From Eledone cirrhosa (lineage: Eukaryota): a stretch of DNA of 64,000 nt. The notes beneath the pieces are model-generated. The model did not search any database. It was not told the origin of the DNA and saw nothing but the letters and a program-made list of their open reading frames with translations. Positions 11,701 to 24,106 of this stretch are shown piece after piece. The position numbers were made by a program, and so were the translations under genes. Location of the stretch: NCBI GenBank assembly GCA_964016885.1, contig CAXHJY010001591.1, positions 194,588 through 258,587 on the forward strand, read 5' to 3'. Position 1 is the stretch's first letter. Each line of letters opens with the position of its first letter.

Positions 11701-12606
11701 GTACAGTAGCTAAAGTCAGAACGGGATGGAAAAAGTTCAGAGAGCTTATACCACTATTGGCCGCTAAAAGTTTCTCTCTAAAAATGAAAGGCAGACTGTA
11801 TTATGCCTGCTTACGAATAGCAATGTTACATGGCAGTGAGACATGGACATTGTGTGCAGAGGATCTGCACAGACTGGAGAGGAATGAAGCTTGCATGCGC
11901 CATTGGATGTATAATAGTAATATACGTGAACGACAAAGCATAAATGAACTAAGTGAGAAATTAAGAATAAGAAGGATCAGATGCTGTTTACTCGAGAGAA
12001 GACTACGTTGGTATGGTCACGTGATGCGCATGAAAGACGACAGCTGTATAAAAAAAGTGCAGGGCAATCAAAATAGAGGGAAGCTACGGAGTATGCAGAC
12101 CCAGAAAAACCTGGGACGATTTGATAAATTCCGACCTTACACACTTACACCTCTCCAAGACAATGAACCAAGATTTTTGGCGCTTCGCAGTAAAATAGAA
12201 GACCTGCCTTGCCTAAGTACAAAGCGAAACCCACAGTCAGTAGGCACCTCCTAACCAAAAATACACCCCCGTCCCAGTACCCCCACCCCATCCACACCAC
12301 CCCTTTCAATGTAAAGTTATGTTGGTACCACAACATCCAGTCCGAAACAAATGAGGTCATGTAGGTGTCACGACAAAAAAACACACAGTCCACGCTGTAA
12401 TGTGGCCGTGTAGCTAACACGGTAAAAAACCTCCCAGTCCACACTGTAAACGTAGTTGGTGTTAGGAAGGTCATCCAGTTGTAGAAAACCCGCCAGACAG
12501 TCCTATACGAGCAAGACAACCAATCTTGCCTCAAGTGGGACAATTCCCATATAAACCCATGCTAGCGTGGAAGATAGACGTTAAACGATGATGATGATGA
12601 TGATGA
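8750..12606 (+). mobile_element. Near full-length RTE-clade LINE, inactivated (APE-RT-PHD, (GAT)n tail)
   Basis: ATG at 8779. APE motifs AMNVGTL, CCVQETRW and AGDLNGHVG; RT motifs HQGSVLSP and LLYADD. It carries stops, frameshifts and a Tx1 insertion, and ends GACGTTAAAC(GAT)n. Confidence 0.93.
9422..9737 (+). mobile_element. Tx1/L1-clade LINE 3' end inserted in RTE, with 14-bp TSD
   Basis: TATCTGTAACACAA is duplicated at 9408-9421 and 9738-9751. The insert encodes FYERWVKVARMARVNG*, ends AATAAAGAAATA, and is homologous to 16153-16621 (-). Confidence 0.85.
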
Positions 12607-12648
12607 TACATACAGACATGCATACATACTTACATACTTACATATATA

Positions 12649-13187
12649 CATGATGGCTGCAAACTCTGCTAAGAATACTGCAATTGCTTGTCAGATTATA
12701 GAGTTTGGTGCACTTTTAGGCTACAACCAGCCACACAAACCTGTAACATATCCTGAACAAGCAATGCCTGTGCTTTGAAAGTTTTTTTATGTGGGAAAAG
12801 GCCTTGCACTCAACCAATCCCACTCTCTGAGCATCGAAAACACTACCCGAAAAGGAGAATTGGTCAACATCATCAGATGCTTCTGAAGCCACAGGTATTT
12901 TTTTCAGAGTTTTCCTCTCATAGAAAGGTGTTGTGACAACAACTGGGGGAGGGGGGGGGGGGGGGCTTTCACTCCCAGGTGGAAAAAAAAAAAAGTACTA
13001 TTTGGATGGCCGTTGACTCCGCTGAGTTCCTCCACCCTTTGTCAGGTCTTGTATTTCATCCCGCAGAGTGTCCAAATATCACCCTCCTCACCAAGCAAGT
13101 TTGGTGGGGTTTAGTCACTGACGACCCGACCATGAGACAGGTTGTACTGGGTTACATGTTACCAGTAGCACTCGAGAGCGACCTGAC
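12649..13187 (-). mobile_element. Non-autonomous retroelement, copy 2 (diverged)
   Basis: Shares AAGCAATGCCTGTG, CCCACTCTCT, CACCCTCCTCACCAAG and the terminal GGTTGTACTGGG..TTACCAGTAGCAC..GACCTGAC(ATAC)n with copy 1. Confidence 0.7.
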
Positions 13188-14089
13188 ATACATACATACA
13201 TACATATTTGACATGGGCTTTCACACTATTAAATTAAATTCACGAGGTATTAATTACCCAAAGATTATGGTAGAAAACATTTGCCCAAAGTACAACATAT
13301 CAGATCAAATCTTGAACGGTGTAGTTTTGAATCAAACTTCTTTCAAGATTATGCCTGTCGTCACAAAAGATTTCATATTAAGATCTACACATTTCGATAT
13401 GTTTTTTTAAAGAATTTTTTGGTAAGATATGTTTAAACATCCACTTAAAACTAAAAAGTTAGTTGTTTTACAAAATTGTTCCAAATTCTTGATTATTCCC
13501 ACATAGACAGTCGTATTTAAATAGAAATATTGTCACATTATTTTTATTGTCACATTGTCACATTTTTTTAAAGTGTACTTTTCATCATCATAACTTTTTG
13601 TAAGAATCTTTCAAATACCAGCTTAATCATGAATAAATTTAATTATTTTACTAAATCCCGCTAAATTATTGATTATTTTTAATAAAATTAAATCAAACTG
13701 GTGTTTTGAGTTGTGTCCCATTATATTAAAACAAGGGACGCAACTCGATCTGATAGAATAAGTACCAGATTGAATGAAAAAGTACAAAACCTTGAAGCCA
13801 AAGCCTAAATATGCAGTCGTATGACTGAGAGTAGTAAAATAATAAAATAATATATACATTGGATTTCAATAGAAATATGGTCACAAAAAGATTAAGTTTC
13901 AGTCACCAAATCTGGATATCATGGTTTTCACCTTTGATCCTCTTTCTTTTTTGATGCAAGACTTCTTTGGTTTTGTTCGAATGATGTAACAACCTTTCTT
14001 GTTAGGATCATTTCTTGGAATATAAATTACTGGTGTATTGATAGTGTTTTGTTTCAATGCTATACTGTACTACAGGATATATTTATACA

Positions 14090-14946
14090 TGTTGCATATA
14101 TTAATGGCATAGATGCTAAATTAAAGAATGCCACAGTGCTGAAATACGCAGATGACATCAAGCTGTACATTGAGATAAATAGGACAGATCCTGTATGCTA
14201 TAGATCTTTCCTGCACTCAGACCTGGACATAATGCAGCAATAGATTATGGACTGACAACTCAAGTTGGCTGTGGACAAGTGTACCACCATGCATTTTGGG
14301 AGGAAAAACTCAGCTATCACATACTCCCTCCACAACACCAATCTCAAGAAGTTTTTTTTGTGAACATGACCTGGGTTTTATTGTCAACAGCGATTTGCAT
14401 TGGACAAAGCACATCTCTAAAATTGTTAAGCAAGCCGAGGATGTCTTAGCATCCCTCAGTAAGACCTTTGTCAGCTGCTCTCCAGCTTTCTATTTAAAGC
14501 TGTATGTAGCTATGGTGTGTCCACACTTATAATTTGCATCACCAGTCTGGAACCCCAATCTTGCTCAGAATATTGATCTCTTAGAAACTGTTCAGAAACG
14601 TGTAACAAAACGAATACCCTCCATCAGGCATCTACCATACTCTGAACGCTTTGCTTCCCTGGACATGTATACATTAAAGCTCTGACGTCTGGCAACTGAC
14701 TTGGTAAACACCCACAAAATTATTAACCATCTTTCCTGAGCACCTTTTTGATTTCCATGTGTCTAACACACATGGGCATGCCAACAAAGTCAGAAAACAG
14801 CACAGCTCCCATGACTTTCTGAAATATTTTTTCATGCTCAGAGTTGCTGAAGCATGGAACAAACTACCTGCATCAGTTGTTAGCTGTCGGGACACTGCAT
14901 CCTTCAAAATGTCCATGCTTCCCGAAATTCGCCAACACATCATCTG
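14090..14946 (+). mobile_element. CR1-clade LINE 3' fragment
   Basis: Motifs LKYADDIKLY, EHDLGFIV, VCPHL*FASPVWNP, LETVQKR, THGH and FFMLRVAEAWNKLP. Confidence 0.85.
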
Positions 14947-15132
14947 ATATTCTCCCTCCATACACATGCATGTGTGTGTGTGTGTCTGTGTGTATATCAT
15001 GACTCATACACTGTTCAATTTCTTGGGATTTGTACATTATTCTATGTACTATACATGCACCTTTGATGATTTGTAATGCATCTGATCACTGAACACAATA
15101 GTTTTCATTATTATACATTATTATATTTTTAG

Positions 15133-15505
15133 TCAAAAGGCCAGATGGCATGACAATCTTCCCATTTCGTGGGTGTAGTCCACTCATCTGGGATGCTACG
15201 TGCTGTAACACCTTCTCGAGTGGCAACCTGGTGCGGTCAGCTACCAGTCCAGGTGCTGTTCCCTGCTAGGCTGAAGAGGGCAAACTGTCCAAGTATTAGA
15301 TGCTCTCTGATAGGTTTGTGGTTTAGCCTGTAGCAGTGGAGACTGCCGGTGTTCTTGGACCCTGGACCACATCCTTGCTCACTGCTATTGGAGCAGAGTT
15401 GGCTGCCCGCAGGTGTGAGTCCCGTGAGGTGGAGTGGGTGTTTCAGGGTGTTTCCCTCACTGTCCTCCGGGGCAATGTATTCTCCATCCTATCGGTTGGG
15501 ACTAT
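15133..15505 (+). mobile_element. CRE-like non-LTR retrotransposon RLE fragment
   Basis: Motifs KRPDGMTIFPFRG..LIWDATC, AVETAGVLGP and VLRGNVFSIL, with stops. Confidence 0.75.
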
Positions 15506-15639
15506 GAGGCTGTTGGTAAGATAGTTGGATACTGAAGGTATTAATGATAATAAAATGATGATGATGATGATGATGATAATTGTTTCTACTTTAGGCACAA
15601 GGCCAGCAATTACCCAGTGCATTACTGGTACTAATAATA

Positions 15640-16152
15640 ATGTGATGCGTATGAAGGATGACAGCTGCATAAAACGGTGCAGAGCACTAGAAGTCGATGG
15701 AAACCACGGAGTGGGGAGACCCAAGATGACCAGGGATGAGGTGATAAAAGCCGACCTTACCCAATTACACCTCTCAAAGGCACACACGACCATGACCTCT
15801 GGCGTCACGTAGTAATACAGAGTACCCGACCTCCCATGGGTACAAGCTGAAGCATATAAACAATATGCCCCCCCCCCCCCACCGCAAGGTGGTCGTGGAG
15901 GTGCCACGGCAAAAAAGCACCCAGCCCACACTGTAAAGTGGACGTGTAGGCGCCACGAAAAAGCAGCCAGCACTCACTGTAAATGAGGTTGGTGTTAGGA
16001 AGGGCATCCAGCTGTAGAAATCAAGCCAAATCAGTTCCTGTATGAGCAAGGCATGGTTAGCTGACCAGACACTGCCCACAACAGGACAACCCGTCTAACC
16101 CATGCTAGCGTGGAAGAACGGACATAAAATGGTGATGATGATGATGATGATG
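15640..16152 (+). mobile_element. RTE LINE 3' end (subfamily B)
   Basis: VMRMKDDSCIKRC...GRPKMT, followed by the 3' UTR and (GAT)n. Nearly identical to 59360-59878. Confidence 0.85.
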
Positions 16153-16700
16153 AATAACAATAATAATGCTTTCTTTATTAACCACAAGGGTTTACACAAA
16201 GTAGACATTAAGGATAGTACAGGACAATACAGGACGGTACAAATGGGCATTTCTGCGTGTAAAAAAACAAAAAAAACAGAGGATGTAATAAAAGAACACT
16301 GAAAAATTCCCTAATAGGGGGGAGACTTCCGAGGGCCATCGTGGAGAAAGCCCATTAAAAAAAGCCACGGTGACCCTGACCACCAGGGCAATTGTCCTCT
16401 CCCAGTTTTCCACCTTCAATTTACAGGCATATACTTGGAGTAGGTCCATTCACTCGGGCCATTCTTGCCTCTCTCACCCATCTTTCAACAAAAAGCTGGA
16501 AAGAGAGCACCTCTCTCTCTACCCTGATTTTCCTTTTCAAATGAAATTGGAACAAGTTAATCAGGGCATCACCGAAGAGGTAAGTGCTTGTCTTCAGCCC
16601 TTTCAGACGCGTCCACCATACTGGACGCGTCTGTAAGGGCTGAAGACAAGCACTTACATCCTCGGTGAGTGCTCGTCTTCAGCCCTTTCAGACGCGTCCA
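16153..16700 (-). mobile_element. Tx1-clade LINE 3' fragment with rearranged (foldback) 5' junction
   Basis: The minus strand reads WTRLKGLKTSTYLFGDALINLFQFHLKRKIRVERE...ERWVREARMARVNG, then AATAAAG and (ATT)n. Positions 16622-16700 are inverted and direct re-copies of its 5'-most ~45 bp. Confidence 0.75.
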
Positions 16701-17060
16701 ATAATAATAATTGTTTCTACTTTAGGCACAAGGCCAGCAATTACCCAGTGCATTACTGGTACTTTCTTTTATCGACCCCGTAAGGATGAAAGGCAAAGTT
16801 AACCTTGGCAGGATTTGAACTCAGAATGACAAGGGCCATAACTCTATGCGTCAAAATAATAATAATAATTGTTTCTACTTTAGGTACAAGGCCAGCAATT
16901 ACCCAGTGCATTACTGGTACTTTATTTTATCAACCCCCGTAAGGATGAAAGGCAAAGTCAACCTCGGCGGGATTTGAACTCAGATCGTAAAGGGATGTAA
17001 CTATGCTGGAAAGCATGGCGTCCGACCCTCTTCCAATTCACCGATAATAATGATTTCTGA
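16701..17060 (-). mobile_element. Two tandem tRNA-derived SINEs
   Basis: Each reads (AAT)n TGTTTCTACTTTAGG.ACAAGGCC...CCCCGTAAGGATGAAAGGCAAAG...GGATTTGAACTCAG. Confidence 0.85.
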
Positions 17061-17066
17061 TTTAGG

Positions 17067-18721
17067 AAGAGAGTGAATTGATCTGGATGAAATGCAGTTC
17101 GGGTTTGTGTCAGGTAAAAGTACCACAGACGCTCTTTTCATTGTATGACAACTACAGAAGTACCTAGCTAAAAGTAAACCCCTATACTTAGCTTTTGTTG
17201 ACTTGCAGAAAGCCTTTGACAGAGTCCCCCACCCCATTATCTGGTGGGCTCTCAGAAAACTAGGTGTTGATGAATGGCTTGTGAGAGATATACAAGCCAT
17301 GTATAAAGAAACAGTCAGCAAGGTTAGAATTACCAACGAATATAGTGAAGAGTTTAGCGTAAAAGTTGGTGTTCATCAGGGCTCTGTCCTTAGCCCCCTC
17401 CTATTTATTATTGCCCTTCAGGCTATAACAGAGGAGTTCATGACCGGCTGCCCATGGGAACTCCTATACGCTGATGATCTAATGCTTATAGCTGAATCAA
17501 TGGCTGAACTAGAGAAGAAATTCCAAACATGGAAGGATGGCCTAGAATCAAAAGGCCTTAAAACTAACCTGTCTAAGACTAAAGTGCTAGTATGTAGGAA
17601 GGAAAATAGGGCACTGGTCCCATCTGGGAAATGGCCATGCTCAGTGTGTAGGAAAGGAGTAGGCAGAAACTCCATTTTATGTCCCAAATGCAAAGTATGG
17701 GTGTATAAAAGATGTAGTGGGATCACAGGTAAGCTAACTAAGAATATAGATGTTTATATGAGGCTGGTCTCAGGTGCAATAAGTAGCAGCAAGTGCCCAC
17801 AGAATACTAGCCCATTCCATTGCACAGATGGTTCTATAGAAATAGTGGACAGCTTCCGTTACCTGGGTGACAAAATCAGCAGTGGTGGAGGGTGCTCTGA
17901 AAGTACAGTAGCTAGAGTCAGAACGGGATGGAAAAAGTTCAGAGAGCTTATACCGCTATGATGCCTGCATACGAACAGCAATGTTACATGGCAGTGAGAC
18001 ATGGGCATTGAGTGCAGAGGACCTGCGCAGACTGGAAAGGAATGGAGCTTGCATGCTCCGTTGGATGTGTAATAGTAATATACGGTAAAGCATACATGAA
18101 CTAAGTGAGAAATTAGGAATAAGAGGGATCAGATGCTGTTTACTCGAGAGAAGAATACGTTGGTATGGTCACGTGATGCACATGAAAGACAGCTGTATAA
18201 AAAAGTGCAGGGCGATCAAAATAGATGGTAGTTATGGAGTTGGTAGACCCAGAAAAACCTGGGACAACTTAATAAATTCCGACCTTACACCTCTCCAAGA
18301 CAATGTCACTGGACCGAGATCTTTGGCGCTACGCAGTAATACAGAAGACCCGCCTTGCCTAAGCGCAAAGCGAAACCTACAGTCAGTAGGCACCTCTAAC
18401 AAAAATAACCCCCCACCCCCACCCCATCAACACCACCCCTTTCAATGTAAAGTTATGTTGGTACCACAACATCCAGCCCGAAACAAATTAGGTCGTGTAG
18501 GTGTCACGACAAAAAAACACACAGTTCACGCTGTAATGTGGCCGTGTAGGTAACACGGTAAAAACCTCCCAGTCCATACTGTAAACGTGGTTGGTGTTAG
18601 GAAGGGCATCCAGCTGTAGAAAACCCGCCAGACAGTCCTATGCGAGCAAGACAACCAATCTTGCCTCAAGTGGGACAATTCCTGTCTAAACCCATGCAAG
18701 TGTGGAAGATGGACGTTAAAC

Positions 18722-18753
<32 letters not shown>
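17067..18753 (+). mobile_element. 5'-truncated RTE LINE (RT-PHD to (GAT)n tail)
   Basis: ORF 17203-17961 has KAFDRVP, HQGSVLSP, LLYADDL and WPCSVC. There is an internal deletion at ~17958 and a (GAT)n tail. Confidence 0.92.
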
Positions 18754-18754
<1 letters not shown>

Positions 18755-18756
<2 letters not shown>

Positions 18757-21700
18757 AGGCACAGGAGAAAATCTAGGAAAGGTTGTGCGGATGGCATTCA
18801 TCAATGGTTTCCCTGTTGAAATTTCAATGAGGTTCCAACTGTTGCTGGGCAACAACAAAAAGACCAATAGCAAGCTAATAACATAGGCCTGCGTAATGAC
18901 ACAAGACGTTGAGTGGAATATTGCGGCATTAGCAGTAATGGAAACCCTTAGCAGTTGATAGTGATCAACAAATGATGAAGGAAGATAAGCCCCAATGAAC
19001 ACTTAGCTGCAGGCATACAAAGGCCAATGTTTCAGGTGTCAGGGTCTGTACATGACAAGGGACTGCAAGGAGCCAAAGCCTGAAATAATTTGTTACCCAT
19101 GTAAGCAGGCAGGCCACATCACTAACAATCGCAACCAGGAAAACGATCAAAGGGAAGTTACTGCACCGGTAGCTATCCCTGGAAGTGAGTAGAGGCACTC
19201 TTGCAGTCACTGCCCATAGCAGAGGTTCTGGTGGGGGGAAGCTGTCATGAGCCATTGTGGACACAAGCTGCACAACGACCTTAGTGACCTCAATGGTGGT
19301 TAGAAAGTGGAGTGGAATGAGTAGTGAAGAGCTGGGAGATTAGATGCAGAGGTAACAGTGAGGTGGAGATGGCGGTATGAGGAATGAAAATAAGGCTGCA
19401 GGCAATCATGATCGATCACTTGGTGGATGGAATTGATGTGGTAATGGGTATGGATGTGATTGGCTGCTTAGGAGATGTTACAGTGAGTGAGGACAGGGTA
19501 ACGTTCTGTAGCGTGGGAACACCATGCACCATAAGTGCACAACAGGAGAACAGGGAGAGACATGAAGAAAAATGTGCTGTTCAAACCATACAAGACAAGG
19601 ATTTCAGGGATGTGTTTGGTGGTCAGCAGTGAATAGTTGAGTGGTATTGGAAAGGAGAGCCCCCCAATGTTGAAGAACACAGTGAACTGCTATCAGCATA
19701 CTCTGAAAGGGGATGTTAGAATCGAGTTTGAGGGAAAGGTACAAAGATGGATCAAGGTGGGCATATTAGAAGGAAGAGATAAAGAGCAGAATGTTGCTGG
19801 TAATGGCAGTGGTGTCACATAGGTGCTGAGATCACAAATATCTGTGGGGGAACCTTGCAAGAGTGGAGACAAATGATGGGGCCGCCACAGTTGTTGACTT
19901 AAAGTCGGCATATGTGCAGCTAAATGTAGCTGAGAAACTGGCAGTATCAGCTGGTTAGGTATAAGGGCCAAACATACTGCCTGACCAGGCTTGAGTACAG
20001 GTTGAATTTGGCACCAAAGATCATGACGACGGTCCTCTACGCCATTCTGGGGGAAGGTGGACAAGGTGAAGAAGGCCACCAATTCCTAAATCAATGATAT
20101 CTTGGTAGATGAGACTGTGGTGTCGGCAGCAGAGGTCTCAAGCCTAGAAAGGATTGGGTTAACCACGAAACCACTAGAGATGATAGAATGAGCCGCAATG
20201 GGACACAAGCTGTGAAAAAACAAAATGGGCACATTGGTATATCGAAGGGGAAATGAAGTGCCAGAACTGGGCACTGGTATGAATAGACGAGAACTTTTCT
20301 CAATATGTAAGAAATTGGTTGGCCACTATCCAATTGCGGGGTGGCTCCAAAAAGCATGCAGCTATGTCAAGAGACGAGCAGACCAGGTGAGCTGGGGAGA
20401 CAGGGTAGGAGAGGATGATGGCCATGATGTGGGAGATCATTGAGAAGGTAAAGGCGGAGGACCCAGTAAGAGTAAGCTGGTACATACCCAAATCGGAGAA
20501 CAAGATTATATGCTGTGGTGTCAGCAGCAAAGTGCTAGTGATTGTTCTGGATATAGGGGGTGTCAAGAACAAGGACGCAATTTGGCTCAGGAAGAAGAAG
20601 GACTGCAACCATATCAATGTGGCCGAATTGGATGCCATGCTGAAGAGGGGAGTGAATCTCACCCTGAGATGGAGGCTGTGCACCATAAAGATTCATACTG
20701 ATTTGGCCACTATACTCAGATGGGTGAGATCAGTGCTTACCAGTGAGAGGAGTGTGCGAATGAGAGGGACAGTAGAAATACTCATAAAGCACTACCTGGA
20801 AACTCTAGGAGACCCAGCTGTTGAGTTTGGCCTGAAGTTGAGTGTGGTCTTTGTGCCCTCAGAGAAAAATAGGGTGGATCTCTTAACCAGGATGAAGAAA
20901 GCTTGGCTGAAAGCGCCAGGATGTGGAAAAAGGAATAGCTGCAGTGTATCGACTGTGACTCGGAATTGATGAGATTGCATACCATGCATCATATGGGAGT
21001 GGATAGGACCCTGTTCCTAGCCAGGAAAATTGACTCCGATGTTACCAGACAGAGTGTCCAGAAAGTGGTTGGGAGTTGCAACAGATGTCAGTCTATCAAC
21101 CCCATCCCGGGCATGCACAAGGTAACATCCCAGTGGAGCACAACAGGAAGTGATTAACAGTGGACATGGCACACTACTGACAGGAGACATATCTCTTGAT
21201 GGTCGATTGCAAACCAGGGCAGATGGCATTATCGAGGGAGATGAACATGGGGACTGCGGAGAAAACCGCATGGATACTGGAAGAGATATTCTTGGAGTGG
21301 GGCACTATGGATGAACTGTTGATGGATAAAAGCACAGCATTTCACTCAGAGGTGCTAAAGGAGATGCTCAATGGGTGGAATGTGAGCCACTTCAGAGCAG
21401 TATATAGGCCAAGTGGAAATGGGATCATAAAGAGACACCATCACATGATCAAGGCCATGGAGGAGACGGGACACATTTCACCAATGGAGGCAATGTTCTG
21501 GTACAACATGTAGCCTCAAGTGGGACAGGGCAATATATAGATATGAATGGCGACATCCATGCACGTTATTACAATGATCTGTGGAAGAGAGAAAGCATGC
21601 ATTCGTATACATGGGTGAGGAAGTCTGGGTCAAGCCCCCAAATGTGTGCTGCACATCTTAATGAGGAAAGGGAATGGTAATGGCTGTAAATTCCCAAAAC

Positions 21701-21880
21701 AACACGTCACGTCTTGTATGTCCACAAAGTCATTGATTTGACGGACTTTGGAGAAGAGAATGAAAGTACCACCCCAACTTTGTAGAGATTGCAACAGGAA
21801 TGCCGCTCACCCAAGTGGATGATGGACTTTGACATGGAGTGAGATGATGGGGTGATTGATCCTTGAAATCAGGGGAGGGC
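18755..21880 (+). mobile_element. Decayed Ty3/Gypsy-like LTR retrotransposon internal region (gag knuckle, protease, RT, RNase H, integrase)
   Basis: CYPCKQAGH (knuckle), AIVDTSCT (protease), RLEYRLNLAPKIM and INDILV (RT), HINVAELDA (RNase H), HTMHHMGVDRT..CNRC and GNGIIKRHH (integrase). A polypurine tract AGGGGAGGG lies at 21871. Confidence 0.85.
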
Positions 21881-21881
21881 A

Positions 21882-22145
21882 TGTGAAGCTAGGGTGCTAG
21901 AAATGCAGGGGTGGTCTTGCCAGAAGCAAGGGGCCAGTGAAGTCACATCAGAAATTCAGGCTGTCTCTCTGCCTCTCCATTCATAGGTAGCATTGAGTGT
22001 GGGTGTCCTTTTTAATGGCTAGTGTGAACAAGTATGCGAGATTTGTTATGTTCTCTGGCCAGACGTGAAACAGGTGAACATCATGCAAGGAGATTCAGTC
22101 CAGACTCATGTGGAGATGCAAAAGTAGGTCCCTTCACTTCTTACA
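21882..22145 (+). mobile_element. Probable 3' LTR of the Gypsy-like element
   Basis: It begins TG right after the PPT, with a candidate end CTTACA. No second LTR exists in the window to confirm the boundary. Confidence 0.45.
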
Positions 22146-23258
22146 ATAAATGTCTTATTAAAATTAGGATGGTGGTGGAGGGATTGTTCATAAAATATAA
22201 GTAGGGGTTTTGTGGATTTTGGAAAATCATATAAGAGTTTGGCAACAAAATATGTTTGGGAACTGCTTATATAGACAGAAGTAAACACCTTATCTTATTA
22301 TGCAATATATTCTAAGGGGAAAAGTGTTGTTTAGAAAAAAAAAAGTTGCTATTTGTACCTATTTTTAGTGCATCATAGTTCTCCATCTGAAAGAGAGATA
22401 TTTATTTATTTATTTAGATATATAGAGATAGATAGATAGATAGATGCATCGGTGGATGGACGGACGGATAGACAGACAGAGAGCATGAGCGATTTAAAAA
22501 GACATGCCATCATACACAACAGGTGTGGTGTTTATATCTATAGATGTGTAATATCAATACACATCTATATGTAGATGTGTATTGTATGCAGTAGAAGATG
22601 GAATAAAATGAGTGGCTGAAATTAGGAGTTTCAAGATATATCATTTTTTTCTTTTAAATATAACATTTGTAACAATTTCTTCATGAGATACATTGTATTT
22701 GGATGTGTAGAATACGAGGCACACACATGTATGATTTCTTTTCTTTTTCATCTATAGATTTTATTTTCAATATATGTGTATTTTGTGGTAGTTGTTGTTC
22801 AGTGCCATGTCAGGCCTGTTTGAGTAAATTAAATGTCAATCATGACACTCATGCCACTCATGCCTTGCTTGTCATCGTTAGAACACAGTTGTATATTATG
22901 GCATTTGTTATTTAGCACCATGCAAGCCCTACTAGAGCCGTTTAAAGGTGTTCCAGCCATGACTATCTAGTTTTTTTGTACACCTAGGACTACATCATCC
23001 AGTGTATCAAATTTTTTTAAATGTGGTTTGATGGAGATTTGACTGCTACTACAGGCTCCTTCATTGATTTAATAGTAAATGCTGATGGAAAAATAGATTA
23101 CATGAATAAATAATTAACTAAAATAAGGGCTTTTTTAAAGAATAAAAATATAAATTGAGGATATTTTCCATCCACTATTTAACCTGTAATGTTTTTCTGC
23201 TTGTCACAAGATGTACTTAACAATGGAACAAAATAAAAAATATAATGGATATATTTAA

Positions 23259-23476
23259 CCCTTTTGATACAAAACTGTATGAAAATATCTCTAATTTTAC
23301 AATACTAAACTTTTTTTAATATTTATCTTTATCTAAAAACCTCCATCGTGATTTTATGTAAAAACCTTTGTTATATACCAAACACCAAACTATTAAAGCG
23401 AAAGTTACTCCAGATTCTTTATAATTTTCAAAAACCATTTGTAGTGTCTATCACTAGAAGTATAGTAACAAAAGGG
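23259..23476. mobile_element. piggyBac-type MITE
   Basis: TTAA|CCCTTTTGATAC ... GTAACAAAAGGG|TTAA. Confidence 0.7.
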
Positions 23477-24106
23477 TTAACAAACTGGAACATATTTGAG
23501 TGTTATTCTTTCAACAACTTTAACAACAGAAAGAGATTGAAGACATTATCAAAACCTTTTCCATAATGAAATCATGTTATAAAGATCTATAAATTGATGC
23601 ATTAAAATAGAAACAAGAGCATTTATAAAATGCAAAATTTCCACAGGTCCTGCTACTATTTATAATTTACATTTTATTTTCCTTGCTATGTACAAACATT
23701 CCTCCTGTGCACTTTTGTCCAGAATGTATAAAGTCTAAGAGAGACTCTTGCGTGATTTTGGCATTTATTGATTTCATTTCCAATTCACTCCTGTACATTA
23801 TGGCAGGAGATAAAGATGAAACAGAAGACTATGTGTATAAAGTAGTAACTGAAATTAGAGATTTTTAAAAGAGAGGGTGAGGTATATACTTTTAAAACAT
23901 AGCAATTTTTTTGCCATGTATGCACATGTGAAAAATATATTTAGACAAAAGGGGTGCATCTCGACTCTGCAAGCCACAGCAGTCAATCTGTCAAGGTAAA
24001 CAGTAGAGAGGACTATGTATTTCAGCCAAGGACAATGTCTCTATTGCATGATAAAATACACCCTACACATGCTGTAAATGAAGATTAGCAGTTTTCTCTT
24101 TTATTC

